IMG/VR virus record: IMGVR_UViG_3300035145_003993
Location: 124,001-188,000 of that record
Reading direction: 5' to 3' (one strand)
Length of the DNA stretch: 64,000 nt
In this document: positions 27,412 to 38,280 of the stretch, piece by piece
How positions within the stretch are numbered: the first letter of the stretch is position 1
How the letters are laid out: every line of letters starts with the position of its first letter
The notes under the pieces: model-generated
Databases searched by the model: none
Told to the model about the DNA's origin: nothing
What the model saw: only the letters and a program-made list of their open reading frames with translations
Translations under genes and position numbers: made by a program

Positions 27412-29835
27412 TTATAATTTCATTTTTTTAATTTTATCATCTATTGTATTTTTGACCTGGACTCTTTTGATACTGTCTTTTAAATAATTATCTTTTATAA
27501 CACTGTTATTTTTAAAAACATATTCATTAAAATCTTGAAGCATTTTTTTCGTTTCAGAAAATGACGAATTATTAATTTCTTTTAATTTTTTCCCGTATTC
27601 TGATTTTTGAAAATCTTTTGGATCATAATCTATATCAAATAAATTTGTGTCTGATAGATATTTTAATCCGTCGATTTTTTCTAAATCTTCATATCTTTTA
27701 TCAAGTTCGTCATTTAAATTATTATATTTTTGTTCTGTCATTTTTTTATTATCATCATATAATTTAAGAACATTTTGATATTCTTTTGAAAATAAAGACT
27801 GAAAGTATTCAATCACTTTAATATACGTTTCAGCAATTTCTTTTTGAATAAAACCTTCAATATTAGATATTTCATCGTCGTCAGTACTTAAAATTTCGTT
27901 AATAAAGTCTTCGTTATTTTCTAATTCATTTATTTTCATAAAATTTGTATTTAACCAATTAAATATAGCAATATATTTTTCTTGATAACTCATTTCAAAA
28001 AATTTAAGACTAAAAATAATTCTATCAGTAATTATCTTCTCTAATTCTTGAAGATAATTGCTATTCTCTATTGAGTCTTTAAAAGTTTTATATGAACTTT
28101 CATTTTTAAAGTCTTCAAAATTGTGATCAATATTTTTTTTAAATAAATTTTTATCTTTACTCTTAATTTTAATATCATCTAATAATAAATTATAATATTG
28201 TTTTATATACGAATCAGAATCTTCTTGTATACTTTTTTTAATATTACTAATTTCTTCTTGTTTTAATTTATCGTCAGAATTTTTTAAATCGTCTATTTTT
28301 TCTTCGAAATTTTTTAATTCTTTTTTATATATATCTTTTTCGTCAATAAATATTTGATCAGTTAGATAGTCATTTATGTAACCTTTGAGATCATTATCTT
28401 TGATGTAATTTAAAAAACCTCCAATGTTATCTTGAATTTTATTTTGAATTAGTTCATTAAAAGTTTTATCTTGAATTTTATTTACTTTTTTAAAATCTGT
28501 ATTAGAAACAAGGCTTTTGTCTACACCATAATCAAGATTATATTCATTAACAGCTTTTACTAAAAGTAAGTCAATTATAATGCAAGAAGCAAGTCTATAT
28601 TGATCTTTATAATATTTATTTATTTTATCTAAATCTTCATCAGATTTTTCTATTTCAAAAGTTTTATTATTTAAATCTTTTTTTTCTGATTCAGAACTGT
28701 TTTCAATCTTATCTCCTAGATCATTAAATTTTTTATTAGTTTTTTCGTTTTTATTAACTTGTTTTAAAGATTCTGTTTTAAAGTCAAATTTCCCATCATT
28801 GATAATCTTTTGAATTTCTTCATTTTCTAAAAGAACTGCTACAGCTATAGAATTGGATAATTCTAGAATTAAAGAAGCAAATTTATCAATTTCAAAATCA
28901 TTACCAATATTTTCTTTTAATATAATATTTTTATTATTAATTTGCAAAACTTTTTTTAATCTATATGAAGACTCGTTCTTTTTTGTGTCAACTAAAGAAG
29001 TTTTTTTTATCGATTTTAAATAACTTTTAAGTTTCTCTAAGAATTTTTTTGATGTTTTGTTTTTTATAATGTTATAAGAAGTATAAGTTCGATTTTCTAA
29101 TACTTTTTTTATTAAATTGAAAGTTTCTTTGTCTTTTTTCTTAAGAACCTCGTTGTTCATAATATCAAAAAATTCTGGGTGAGCTTTTTTACTTAAAAAT
29201 AAATTTAATTTAGGTTTAAGTTTATTAACTTTTTGTATGTTTTTTCTTAAAAGTTGATCAATAATAGTTTTTGTAGGTGATTCTATTTTATTATCTTCAT
29301 TAGATATAAGTTCAATTTCATAAATCATCCAAAAGATTATAAGTTGATACATATCATGGTCAATATTATTGTATTTTGCATATAAATTTTTATTATACAA
29401 TTTCCCAGTTAAAAGATCAGATAAATTAATTTTGTCAAATATTGTTACACCTGGAACACTTAAAGCAAAAGTAGATAATTCTGAATTTGATATTCCTGCT
29501 TTGTTTAACATAGACTTTGTTGTATTGTCTATATTAGATATTGTTCTATCACTTGAATCAACAAAACTTACTCTTGCGTCTTTTAATGCTCTTTTAAAAT
29601 CTTCATCTGACATGTTTTTTAATATTTTTGCTCTAAAGGTAAGCCATCCAGATTTTATTGTGAATTTTGCTAATTGTGATAAAAACTTAGAACTATCACC
29701 CATAAATGAACTAACATCTCCAACAACGTCGGTTGTTATACCTTTTAATAATTCCTTATCAGAGCTGTCTTCTAAAATAATTTTTTTATTAAAAATCTTT
29801 AATACTTTATTTTTCATAGTGTTTATCTTCTTCAT
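27412..29835 (-). CDS. Large hypothetical protein (807 aa), possible virion/internal protein
   Basis: Long ORF; amphipathic N-terminal segment; helical K/E/N-rich body. Confidence 0.7.
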   Translation of the reverse strand: MKKINTMKNKVLKIFNKKIILEDSSDKELLKGITTDVVGDVSSFMGDSSKFLSQLAKFTIKSGWLTFRAKILKNMSDEDFKRALKDARVSFVDSSDRTISNIDNTTKSMLNKAGISNSELSTFALSVPGVTIFDKINLSDLLTGKLYNKNLYAKYNNIDHDMYQLIIFWMIYEIELISNEDNKIESPTKTIIDQLLRKNIQKVNKLKPKLNLFLSKKAHPEFFDIMNNEVLKKKDKETFNLIKKVLENRTYTSYNIIKNKTSKKFLEKLKSYLKSIKKTSLVDTKKNESSYRLKKVLQINNKNIILKENIGNDFEIDKFASLILELSNSIAVAVLLENEEIQKIINDGKFDFKTESLKQVNKNEKTNKKFNDLGDKIENSSESEKKDLNNKTFEIEKSDEDLDKINKYYKDQYRLASCIIIDLLLVKAVNEYNLDYGVDKSLVSNTDFKKVNKIQDKTFNELIQNKIQDNIGGFLNYIKDNDLKGYINDYLTDQIFIDEKDIYKKELKNFEEKIDDLKNSDDKLKQEEISNIKKSIQEDSDSYIKQYYNLLLDDIKIKSKDKNLFKKNIDHNFEDFKNESSYKTFKDSIENSNYLQELEKIITDRIIFSLKFFEMSYQEKYIAIFNWLNTNFMKINELENNEDFINEILSTDDDEISNIEGFIQKEIAETYIKVIEYFQSLFSKEYQNVLKLYDDNKKMTEQKYNNLNDELDKRYEDLEKIDGLKYLSDTNLFDIDYDPKDFQKSEYGKKLKEINNSSFSETKKMLQDFNEYVFKNNSVIKDNYLKDSIKRVQVKNTIDDKIKKMKL

Positions 29836-30079
29836 ATAATTTTAAACTAATACCATAATTATCAGAACAGTAATTAATTAAGCTTATTTCGAAGTCATTT
29901 AATGTATGTTTATACGATTGACTATTCCTAGTAGAAAAATATTTTCTAATTTTAGGTTGCGAATATCTCATAATATATTTTTTAACAATTAACCAATTGT
30001 CTTCTTTATATATATCTAATAACTCTTCAAGAAGTTCTATAATTGTTTCCTTATGGTTTTGATCTATAGTGTTAAACAT
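29807..30079 (-). CDS. Hypothetical protein
   Basis: ORF track. Confidence 0.6.
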   Translation of the reverse strand: MFNTIDQNHKETIIELLEELLDIYKEDNWLIVKKYIMRYSQPKIRKYFSTRNSQSYKHTLNDFEISLINYCSDNYGISLKLYEEDKHYEK

Positions 30080-31038
30080 TAAAATACTCCAAAATAATTT
30101 AGTTCAATACAATTATTATTTGATAAATCATCTATTTGTTTATTACTTTGAGTTATTTTAAAGTCTTGTAATAAAATATTTTTTTCTAAACCAGGTTCAT
30201 AAATTAAAATCGACTCTAGATTAGTAAGACTTTTTAAATAAGAAACGAACTCTTTATATAGTAGATATTGTATTAAACTTTTACAATCATTTTTTTTATT
30301 TAAATGACTTTGATTAAGAATAATATCTTTGCAGTAATTTGAAGAAATTTTATATTCATATTTAACGTTTAAATAATCATACAATTTAAAATCAAACTTT
30401 TCTTCATTAGTATTAAAACTATATGATTTATTCATAATGATTGATTTAAAATCATTAAAACAACTTAAATAAGATTTTAATTGATAACTTTCTGGGATTT
30501 TTATAAAAGAATTATTTAAACAATCATAAATATTAGATTTTGTTTCGTAAGAATTGTCAATTAAAATAGACCTATTATTTTTATTTGTAAAAGTTCCTTC
30601 TCTATTTTTATAATGACAAAAATTATAAATTCCTTCTAAATAAATTATATCTAAGTTAGAATCCCATAATATCGGAATAAATTTGGTTTCATTTTTTTTT
30701 ATATTGATTTGTTGCCAATAATTTTTATTTTTTGATTTATTAAACAATTCTAATATTATAGAAATAATTCTGTAGATGTTCGAATTAGTTTTGTAAAAGT
30801 TATTGATATTTTCGAGACTAATTCCTTTTATATCTCTTAGTTTTTGTGTTCTAAAGTCTATAACAAATTCAGATCTTTCTTTAGACCATCTTACTGGAAA
30901 TAACATGTTTGATGTAAATTCATAGCACTTCTTTTTTGAAATGATTCTTAATAAGTTTTTGTAAAAAACTAAACTTTTATTAATTGTATTAATTTGATTT
31001 AAATGATATGGTTTTGTAACATTAATAATTTCAAACAT
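30079..31038 (-). CDS. Hypothetical protein
   Basis: ORF track; coupled to the next gene. Confidence 0.65.
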   Translation of the reverse strand: MFEIINVTKPYHLNQINTINKSLVFYKNLLRIISKKKCYEFTSNMLFPVRWSKERSEFVIDFRTQKLRDIKGISLENINNFYKTNSNIYRIISIILELFNKSKNKNYWQQINIKKNETKFIPILWDSNLDIIYLEGIYNFCHYKNREGTFTNKNNRSILIDNSYETKSNIYDCLNNSFIKIPESYQLKSYLSCFNDFKSIIMNKSYSFNTNEEKFDFKLYDYLNVKYEYKISSNYCKDIILNQSHLNKKNDCKSLIQYLLYKEFVSYLKSLTNLESILIYEPGLEKNILLQDFKITQSNKQIDDLSNNNCIELNYFGVF

Positions 31039-31044
31039 CTACAA

Positions 31045-31752
31045 TTAAGAATTAATTTTTTTTAAAAATTCAATTATTTCTTTTTTCTCTTGGATAGACT
31101 CTTCGACTTCTGTATCGACATTACCTACCTTTATTACTGAAATTGGTGATGCCAATTTTTCTTCTGCTTTCTCTTTTGGCATATCTTGTAAATCTTCTAA
31201 TTGATCTTTTCTACTTTGTGATCTTTTTAATTCACTTTTTGTTGCTTCTGATTTTCCAATAATAATTTTTAAATCTTTAGGGCTATAAGCTGCTTTTCCG
31301 TTTACGTCAAGTAAAGTTATTTGTACGAGACCTTTTAAGAATACGTGTAAAGCCTTTTTTTCGTCACCTGTAAGCTTGTTAAAATATTTTTCTAAATCTT
31401 CATGAACACTTTTCTTAGAAAGAGAATGCGACGCTCTAAACTGATTTAGAATACTTTTAAGTTTATCAAAATTATCAGCATCTGCTAAGTTAATAGTAGA
31501 AGGAGATTCATCTGGAGTATCATCAATCATTTCTTCTTTATCGTCAACTCTTTCTTCTTTATTATCATCTCCTATTTCAGATGAGTCATTAGATTCTTCT
31601 TCATCTTCTTTGAGATTTTTTTCTAAATCTTGATGATAAGTTCCTCTACTTCTAGAGTCAGCAATAAATTCATTTTGATTTTCTTTAACTTTTTCCCAAG
31701 AGTTTTCTTCTTTTAATATTTCTTCAAGTTTGTTTAAAATATCAAAATTCAT
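31045..31752 (-). CDS. Acidic hypothetical protein with leader-like N-terminus
   Basis: ORF track. Confidence 0.7.
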   Translation of the reverse strand: MNFDILNKLEEILKEENSWEKVKENQNEFIADSRSRGTYHQDLEKNLKEDEEESNDSSEIGDDNKEERVDDKEEMIDDTPDESPSTINLADADNFDKLKSILNQFRASHSLSKKSVHEDLEKYFNKLTGDEKKALHVFLKGLVQITLLDVNGKAAYSPKDLKIIIGKSEATKSELKRSQSRKDQLEDLQDMPKEKAEEKLASPISVIKVGNVDTEVEESIQEKKEIIEFLKKINS

Positions 31753-31922
31753 TATTTATCCTCCCAGACAATTCTGTTTTGCCATCTTTCATTATACTGA
31801 GCATTTCGAAGTCTTCTTCTTTCGTCTTCTTCTCTAATATGATTTTCAATTTGACGTCTTTGTTGATTATCAATTTGTCTTTTATCTAGATCTTTTATAA
31901 ACTTATCAAATTCAAATTCCAT
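31752..31922 (-). CDS. Small charged protein (56 aa)
   Basis: Not in the track; MEFEFDKFIKDLDKRQ...IVWEDK*, TAATG overlap with the next gene. Confidence 0.6.
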   Translation of the reverse strand: MEFEFDKFIKDLDKRQIDNQQRRQIENHIREEDERRRLRNAQYNERWQNRIVWEDK

Positions 31923-31936
31923 TGTTATTTCCTTAT

Positions 31937-32287
31937 CTATTTGTATATAATTATTTTAATTTTATAATTATTTTCAAAAACGTTATATAATTTATATTTT
32001 AATAATGATTTTTTACCATTAAATATAGATTCTTCAAAGTCTTCTAACCCAATTGAAATGTTAATTTCTTTATTTATAAATAACTTCTGTAAAGACTTTT
32101 TATTAATTTTGAATGTAACCTTATATTTACTTTTTGAATTAACGTATGATAAAATAGAAAACTTTTCATTAAATAACTTAATCCATAGATTATTGTTATT
32201 AATATTAGAAGAAGAAAGATTATCTAAATCAATTATATCTTCTAGATCCTTAGACAAAAATAATCTTTCTTCTTCACTATTCTGCAT
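31937..32287 (-). CDS. Hypothetical protein
   Basis: ORF track. Confidence 0.55.
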   Translation of the reverse strand: MQNSEEERLFLSKDLEDIIDLDNLSSSNINNNNLWIKLFNEKFSILSYVNSKSKYKVTFKINKKSLQKLFINKEINISIGLEDFEESIFNGKKSLLKYKLYNVFENNYKIKIIIYK

Positions 32288-32624
32288 AATAATACATTAC
32301 ATCTTTTTTGATTTTGTCTATATCTTTTGAAGCTTCTAATTCTAGTTCTGAAACTCTTCCTGAATAAGAATGGATAATAATTCCTACAGATAATTTTCTA
32401 AATCTCAATTCAATATCAGCATCACATTCATTAGTATATTTTAGTATTTCTACAATAAATGACTCAAAAAACTTTACACTTTCAAACAAATATACTTTTT
32501 TTAATTTCTTCTCTTCGACATTTATCCATTTAGACTTTTTTACTTTTAAAGGTTTAAAACTGTCTTGAACCTTTAAATTAGAATTTTCATTTAAATAGTT
32601 TTGCATCAGGTTTTTTAAATACAT
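32277..32624 (-). CDS. Pterin-4a-carbinolamine dehydratase-like fold protein with leader
   Basis: W...KLKKVYLFESV..F...I.......D.EL....V.I.IHSYSGRVSELELE pattern; catalytic His-His absent. Confidence 0.55.
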   Translation of the reverse strand: MYLKNLMQNYLNENSNLKVQDSFKPLKVKKSKWINVEEKKLKKVYLFESVKFFESFIVEILKYTNECDADIELRFRKLSVGIIIHSYSGRVSELELEASKDIDKIKKDVMYYYAE

Positions 32625-32639
32625 TATTATTCCTTGAAT

Positions 32640-35600
32640 TTACTTTGTCTTTTTTCTAGACTTTCTAGTTTTAGGCAACTTAATAGTTTCTAAACCAAAC
32701 TCAGAATCTAAATAATCTGCAAAGTCTTTTCCAATTAATAAACTTCCATATAATTCTTTGTAATTTTCAAGAGCTTCCTTTGAATCTTTACCAATTTTAT
32801 CAAATACTTTTGGAATTAATACATCGAAATCTGTTCTATTTTTAAATTCTGATGATGCAAATGCTTTAATAATTGATTCATCAATATCACTATCAGACAT
32901 AGAATAAATGTGATTTATTAATTCATCTGCTGTTGTTTTAGTTAATATTTTTAGATCTTCATATACTGATCCAATGATTCCATTTGGACTAAACATATCA
33001 TCTAATAATTTTTCAACGTCTTTTCTATTAAATTCGCCACCAAAAAAACTTTTAAGCTGATCATCTTCATCCCTATTAGAATTTAATTTTTCTACTTTAC
33101 CTATAAGATATCCTTTTCCTGGATTTAAAAAATAATCTCTTTGACTATCTCTTGTACTTTTTGCAGATGATTTTGATATCCCTTTAGATCCGGAAGATCC
33201 TAGTCCCGATAGTTTTTGAACTACATTAGCAATTGAAACAAAAATATTTTGTCCTTCATCTTTTTTGATTTGCTCAATTCTTGGACTAGATGGACTTAAT
33301 CCTGGTGCAAGAATATCTTTTCCATAATGAGTATCAAAATATTCTTTAGTTGCTTTAATAATACTATTTTTTGTTCTTCCTTGGATTTTTTTCTTATAGA
33401 AATTATCAAGTAAACCTATAACATATAAAGAAAAACCTGATTGATTTCCAAGAGAAGCTTCAAGAACTAAGTAAGAAGAAAAACCTTTATCATTTTTCGA
33501 TAAATCCTTTAGTAATTCATTATAACTAGCTTCATCATCATCTGATAGTATTTTAATAGAATTTATTTTTTCTGAAATTTCTTGTGCGACAGAATCATCT
33601 CTAGCTTCATCAAAATATCTTTGGAGTAATTTAGTATCTGTTAATATTTTACTAATTTCTGAAAAGTAATCTGAAACGTCTTCTAGTTTCTTTGATCTTT
33701 TGTATTTTCCTTGTAATTCTAATTGTTTTAATTGTGAAGAAGAAATAGCCACATCTGCTTCGTCTTCGTTTTTAGAAGGAACTCTTACGAATGATTTATC
33801 ATCAATCAAATCAAGCTTAACCAAACGTTCAGTCCATCTATCTGCTGCTGCAGAATATATTCGAGCTTTTTCATCTGGATTACATGAATAAAACAACTCT
33901 TGAGACCAAGCCTTTTGAGCTAATTGTCTAACACCTGCTCCACTTGCAAACTGGCCATAGGACATATGAGAAATATCAACGTCAGTAAGGTTTTCTTTTT
34001 TATCAAGACCAAACTTAGAAACATGTTCTTGTGTCTTTTTAATTACATCATCTATAGATGCATAATTGTCATATAAGTCTCTATAGAACTTTCTTTTTTT
34101 ATCTACATTAATAATATTAATTTTATCTTTGTATGATAGTCTTTCTAGAATTTCTTTAATTTCATTTTCTTCTTCTTCACTCAAATCTTCAGCAGGAATA
34201 GTGTCTGGTATATTAATAATATTACCAAATTCATCTTCTTCGATTGGATTAAAAATATCTGGATTAACTCTTTCTGTAGATTTCTTATATAAATCATTTA
34301 AACGTTTAATATCATCAGAAATTTGTTTCATATATTTCTGAAGTTCGAAAACAGTTAATGATAAATTTCTATTTTTACTAGAATAATCTTCTAATTCTTT
34401 TGTAACATTAATTTCTTCTTCAATATAAAAATTGTCATCTTGATCAGGATCATCAGATATTCTTTTATCAAATTCAATATTTTGCTGTTTAAGCTTTTCT
34501 AATTCATCGTCAGATAATCTAGGTTCTAAATCAAAATCAGCAGTATATTCTTGATTTAAAGGGTACATAATATCTAATTCTTGTTTGAGTTCTTGAATAC
34601 TTTTATTTCTAGAAGAACCAGATCTAGACCATAGTCTTAATAGTACTTGTTCTCTAATTAAATCACTTTCTAAGTCAAAGTCGCCTCTAGATAATTCTTC
34701 TTTAACATCTACAATAATTGATCTTATTTCTTCACTAGACAAACTTTTTCCAAGACCGACACTTCTTCTAAAACTCGAAACAGCGTTTTTAAGATTTAAT
34801 TTTTGCGCTTTGTCTAGGGAAGAAATCATTCTGTCTTTTTCTGAATCACTAATTCCTAACATCATATTAGACTGAGATTCGAGTGTTAAATAAACTTCTA
34901 TTGACATTATTATCCAAAGTTTTCTTTTTGCTAATAGAGATAAATCATTTTCTTGACTAACACCCGAATTTTTGAGCTTATTTGAAACATAAACAACTAA
35001 TTGATCCCAAGGTTGTAATACAGCAGACTTTTGACCGGCAACATATTTACCTGTTCCCGTAAAACCTAAAGCTTTTGCTATTTTGTTATTTGAAGGACCT
35101 TTTGAAAATCTTTTTTGTTCTTTAGATTTAACTTTTTTATAAATAGATTCAACAGGTTGTGATAAACTAGGTGCTGGTTTTAAATCACTATCAGGCAAAT
35201 CATCTAAATCTATTTCTGAAAAGTCTTCTTCGTCTTTTTTCTGTTGAACGCTATCTAAATCTTCAGATCCAAATTCATCGTCTAATTGTTGTTGAATCAT
35301 TTCTAGTTCTTCTTGAGAAGGACCCTCAATATTATCTAAACTTCTTCTTCTTCTTCTTGAAGTTCTTGATTCTAATAAATCAATTTTATCTTCTATTGAT
35401 TTAATTAATATATTCTCTAGTTTTAAATCTAATTCTTTGTTAACATAGTTAACTTTATCTAATTCTTCGTTAATTAAAGAGTCAAAGTCTCTAATACTTT
35501 TTGAATATTTTAAATCAATAGATTCTTTTATTTCTTTAATAAAATCATTCGTGATATTATTTTTCAAAAATTCAAAAATATATTTTTCATTTGGAAGATC

Positions 35601-35774
35601 TCCATTAGTTAAATTTAAAGATCTAACTAAACATTTGAATTCTTCAAAAAGAACTTTATTTTTATTTAAATCACTCTCGCTTAATCTTGAAAGAGCATAA
35701 AACTTTCTTTGATAATCTTTGTTTTTAAAAGAAAGAAGTTTATTAACTCTATATTTTAGTTTGTTATTCGTCAT
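32640..35774 (-). CDS. Large hypothetical protein (1044 aa)
   Basis: Long ORF; acidic blocks, SRRRRRS run and basic tail. Confidence 0.75.
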   Translation of the reverse strand: MTNNKLKYRVNKLLSFKNKDYQRKFYALSRLSESDLNKNKVLFEEFKCLVRSLNLTNGDLPNEKYIFEFLKNNITNDFIKEIKESIDLKYSKSIRDFDSLINEELDKVNYVNKELDLKLENILIKSIEDKIDLLESRTSRRRRRSLDNIEGPSQEELEMIQQQLDDEFGSEDLDSVQQKKDEEDFSEIDLDDLPDSDLKPAPSLSQPVESIYKKVKSKEQKRFSKGPSNNKIAKALGFTGTGKYVAGQKSAVLQPWDQLVVYVSNKLKNSGVSQENDLSLLAKRKLWIIMSIEVYLTLESQSNMMLGISDSEKDRMISSLDKAQKLNLKNAVSSFRRSVGLGKSLSSEEIRSIIVDVKEELSRGDFDLESDLIREQVLLRLWSRSGSSRNKSIQELKQELDIMYPLNQEYTADFDLEPRLSDDELEKLKQQNIEFDKRISDDPDQDDNFYIEEEINVTKELEDYSSKNRNLSLTVFELQKYMKQISDDIKRLNDLYKKSTERVNPDIFNPIEEDEFGNIINIPDTIPAEDLSEEEENEIKEILERLSYKDKINIINVDKKRKFYRDLYDNYASIDDVIKKTQEHVSKFGLDKKENLTDVDISHMSYGQFASGAGVRQLAQKAWSQELFYSCNPDEKARIYSAAADRWTERLVKLDLIDDKSFVRVPSKNEDEADVAISSSQLKQLELQGKYKRSKKLEDVSDYFSEISKILTDTKLLQRYFDEARDDSVAQEISEKINSIKILSDDDEASYNELLKDLSKNDKGFSSYLVLEASLGNQSGFSLYVIGLLDNFYKKKIQGRTKNSIIKATKEYFDTHYGKDILAPGLSPSSPRIEQIKKDEGQNIFVSIANVVQKLSGLGSSGSKGISKSSAKSTRDSQRDYFLNPGKGYLIGKVEKLNSNRDEDDQLKSFFGGEFNRKDVEKLLDDMFSPNGIIGSVYEDLKILTKTTADELINHIYSMSDSDIDESIIKAFASSEFKNRTDFDVLIPKVFDKIGKDSKEALENYKELYGSLLIGKDFADYLDSEFGLETIKLPKTRKSRKKTK

Positions 35775-36148
35775 TATTTTTGACCTTTATTAATAATTTG
35801 TGTTGCTGATTTCCAAATTTTTTCTGCTAAATCATCTGAAATGTCTTTATTATCATCTAATATTGATATCATAGCAGAAGATAACTCAACAGATTTCGGG
35901 ACATAATTTTTATCTCTTACATTATGATTTTTTTTTAACATTGATACAGAGACAAAGTCATCTGCTGTAAGAGGAGTATTTAATTCTAAGTCTAGTTCTT
36001 TTTGATCTCCGTTTAATTTAGATCCTGTAGTATCAAACATTGTTGTTCGACTGCTTGTAAATCCATCTGGAAACATTTCTTTTATGCTATTTTCAAACAA
36101 AATGTTTTTAACAATATCTCTAAGATCTTTTTTTGTCAAGTTACTCAT
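35774..36148 (-). CDS. Hypothetical protein with leader
   Basis: MSNLTKKDLRDIVKNILFEN. Confidence 0.65.
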   Translation of the reverse strand: MSNLTKKDLRDIVKNILFENSIKEMFPDGFTSSRTTMFDTTGSKLNGDQKELDLELNTPLTADDFVSVSMLKKNHNVRDKNYVPKSVELSSAMISILDDNKDISDDLAEKIWKSATQIINKGQK

Positions 36149-36195
36149 ATTACTATAGCCTTATTTTTATAATAATTATTTAATGTAAAAAGATT

Positions 36196-36513
36196 TTAGT
36201 GATATTTTATTTTATTTTCAAATCCTTCTTCATTAAGGACTATACTTTCTAAAACTAAATTAAGTATATTTATTGAATAAGAAAGACTTGATATATCTTT
36301 TTGTAATAAAAAGTTATTCTCTTCTATAGCATTAATTCTTTTTTTTAAAAAAATATTTTCTTCTTGAAGAGAATTTAATTCTTTTTTGTTTTCTTCTATT
36401 TGATTATTAAGATTATTAAGACTTTGTAATACTTCAAAAAAATTATTAATATTTTTTTTAATCTTTTTTAAATGGTGAATTTTCTTCGATTGCACTGTAC
36501 AAGTCCTTTTCAT
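36196..36513 (-). CDS. Coiled-coil hypothetical protein
   Basis: Heptad pattern; start uncertain. Confidence 0.5.
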   Translation of the reverse strand: MKRTCTVQSKKIHHLKKIKKNINNFFEVLQSLNNLNNQIEENKKELNSLQEENIFLKKRINAIEENNFLLQKDISSLSYSINILNLVLESIVLNEEGFENKIKYH

Positions 36514-36760
36514 TAATATCTTTAAGATTGTTTACTTTTTTATTTTTTAATTCATCAATTCTTTCGTGAACAAGTTCTTTTAAGTAAAGATCGTCATTAA
36601 CATATTTTTCGGCCATTAATCTAAAAAATTTTTGCATTGACATTTCATCTAAAAAAAGCTTTGTCCTAAGTTTCTTGTGTAATTCTCCAGGAAACTCAAC
36701 ATGAATTGTTTTATTATTAATAATTTTTTTGACTTGTTTATTTAATCGTTTATTTTTCAT
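36458..36760 (-). CDS. Ribbon-helix-helix-like DNA-binding protein
   Basis: KTIHVEFPGELHKKLRTKLFLDEMSMQKFFRLMAEKY. Confidence 0.6.
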   Translation of the reverse strand: MKNKRLNKQVKKIINNKTIHVEFPGELHKKLRTKLFLDEMSMQKFFRLMAEKYVNDDLYLKELVHERIDELKNKKVNNLKDINEKDLYSAIEENSPFKKD

Positions 36761-37548
36761 TATCCTTGTTTAACTGCACCTGTTGCTGTATTATGTTTTG
36801 TGTTGTCTAAAACATGTTCAGGATATTCAATACCAAATTTACTATAAAGTTCTTTGTGATATAAATCATCAAATTCTTGAACATTTTTTTCTATATTATC
36901 TCCACTATTTAATACTAATACATTTTTAGCTGCTTGTTTAACAATAAGTTCTTTAGCAAAAAGTTTATCAAAATTTTTATATGCTTTTATAGCTGCTTTA
37001 ACATACTCTTTGACATCTGCTTCTTTTTCACTTATTTTTTTTACTAATGATGTACCTTGAGAAACAACATTATCTAAAGATTTAATAGAACTCTCTAAAT
37101 TTTCTACAGAGTCTTCTAGATCTTTTTCTGATTCTTCAAATATAAAATAATTTTTTAATGAATTTTTTCCAATTTTGAAGTTTTCATCTAGTTGACTTTC
37201 TATATAATCTTCAATTTTATTTATTTCTTCACCATTGATATGCTTCTTTTGCTCTTTTTCTAATTTATTTATTTTTTTTGTAAGAGTTTCAACAGCTGCA
37301 ATACTATAACCAATATCTTGAGTTTCTTGTTCACTTTTGTCAACAGGGTCTTCAGTGATATCTTCGTTAGAAGTCTCAGAACTTTCATCGGGAGTCTCAG
37401 AACCTTCATCGGGAGTCTCAGAACCTTCACCATCTTCGTCAGGCATATCAAAAGAAGGATTTTCATCTTCTTCTACTAATAAACTTTTAAGACTTAAAAA
37501 ACTATTTTTTTCTGTTAACACTTTATCAACTTTATTTAAAAAATTCAT
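36760..37548 (-). CDS. Acidic hypothetical protein
   Basis: ORF track; contains a short tandem repeat. Confidence 0.7.
   Translation of the reverse strand: MNFLNKVDKVLTEKNSFLSLKSLLVEEDENPSFDMPDEDGEGSETPDEGSETPDESSETSNEDITEDPVDKSEQETQDIGYSIAAVETLTKKINKLEKEQKKHINGEEINKIEDYIESQLDENFKIGKNSLKNYFIFEESEKDLEDSVENLESSIKSLDNVVSQGTSLVKKISEKEADVKEYVKAAIKAYKNFDKLFAKELIVKQAAKNVLVLNSGDNIEKNVQEFDDLYHKELYSKFGIEYPEHVLDNTKHNTATGAVKQG
37372..37434. repeat. 3 x 21-nt tandem repeat encoding EGSETPD-EGSETPD-ESSETSN
   Basis: agtctcagaac(c/t)ttca unit seen three times. Confidence 0.85.
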
Positions 37549-37557
37549 TATAACACC

Positions 37558-38280
37558 TTACAATATTTGTGATATTTTATCTGCTTTTTTAATTCTATCT
37601 TCAATAACTGACCATTTAAGTTCTTTCATCATTGCGAATACATACATTTTTCTATTTTTTAAATAGTCCCTATAATAACTGTGTTCCCAACAATCCATTA
37701 CAATAACTGGTATCATTCCAATCATTACATTTAAACTATGTAAATCTATAATAGTATTAACATATCTTTTAAGATATATGTCATAATAAGTAACTGCCCA
37801 ACCATTTCTAGCTGAAAGACAACATGCAATAAAATCTTCTTGCCACGCATCAAAACTTCCAAAGTCTCTAGCAAGCCTCATATAGCTTAATGAATTCATA
37901 GTAATATTACTATTTAAATCAGAAATATTTTCAAAATATAATCCATGAAGAAATGCTGCATTGTGATTATATGTTTCGTCTACTTTTAAGCTTCTAAATG
38001 ATGAATGATTTAAATTAGCTAAAGATTTATCAACGCCATCAAGATTAGCAGAAATTTCATTTAATTGTTTAGCATAACCTTCTAATAATTCTTGATGAGA
38101 TTTTTTAGTTTTTGAAGATAAAAGTTCAGTCTGTAAATCAAACTTTCCTGCTTCAATAACATAAGCCTCTGATAGAAGACTTTTTGGATTACTTGTTTCT
38201 TTCTTATTGTTTTTATTCAATCCATTTTCGCTCAAAGATGAATCTACAGCTTCTTTAATAATTTTATCTAAATTTTTCAT
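37558..38280 (-). CDS. Fe/Mn superoxide dismutase-like protein with N-terminal leader
   Basis: SHQELLEGY, FLHGLYF, DFGSFDAW, GWAV and DCWEHSYY metal-ligand motifs. Confidence 0.8.
   Translation of the reverse strand: MKNLDKIIKEAVDSSLSENGLNKNNKKETSNPKSLLSEAYVIEAGKFDLQTELLSSKTKKSHQELLEGYAKQLNEISANLDGVDKSLANLNHSSFRSLKVDETYNHNAAFLHGLYFENISDLNSNITMNSLSYMRLARDFGSFDAWQEDFIACCLSARNGWAVTYYDIYLKRYVNTIIDLHSLNVMIGMIPVIVMDCWEHSYYRDYLKNRKMYVFAMMKELKWSVIEDRIKKADKISQIL

Noticed and set aside
37372-37434. 21-nt tandem repeat as a CRISPR-like or regulatory element
   Set aside because: In-frame coding repeat of an acidic linker, with no spacers
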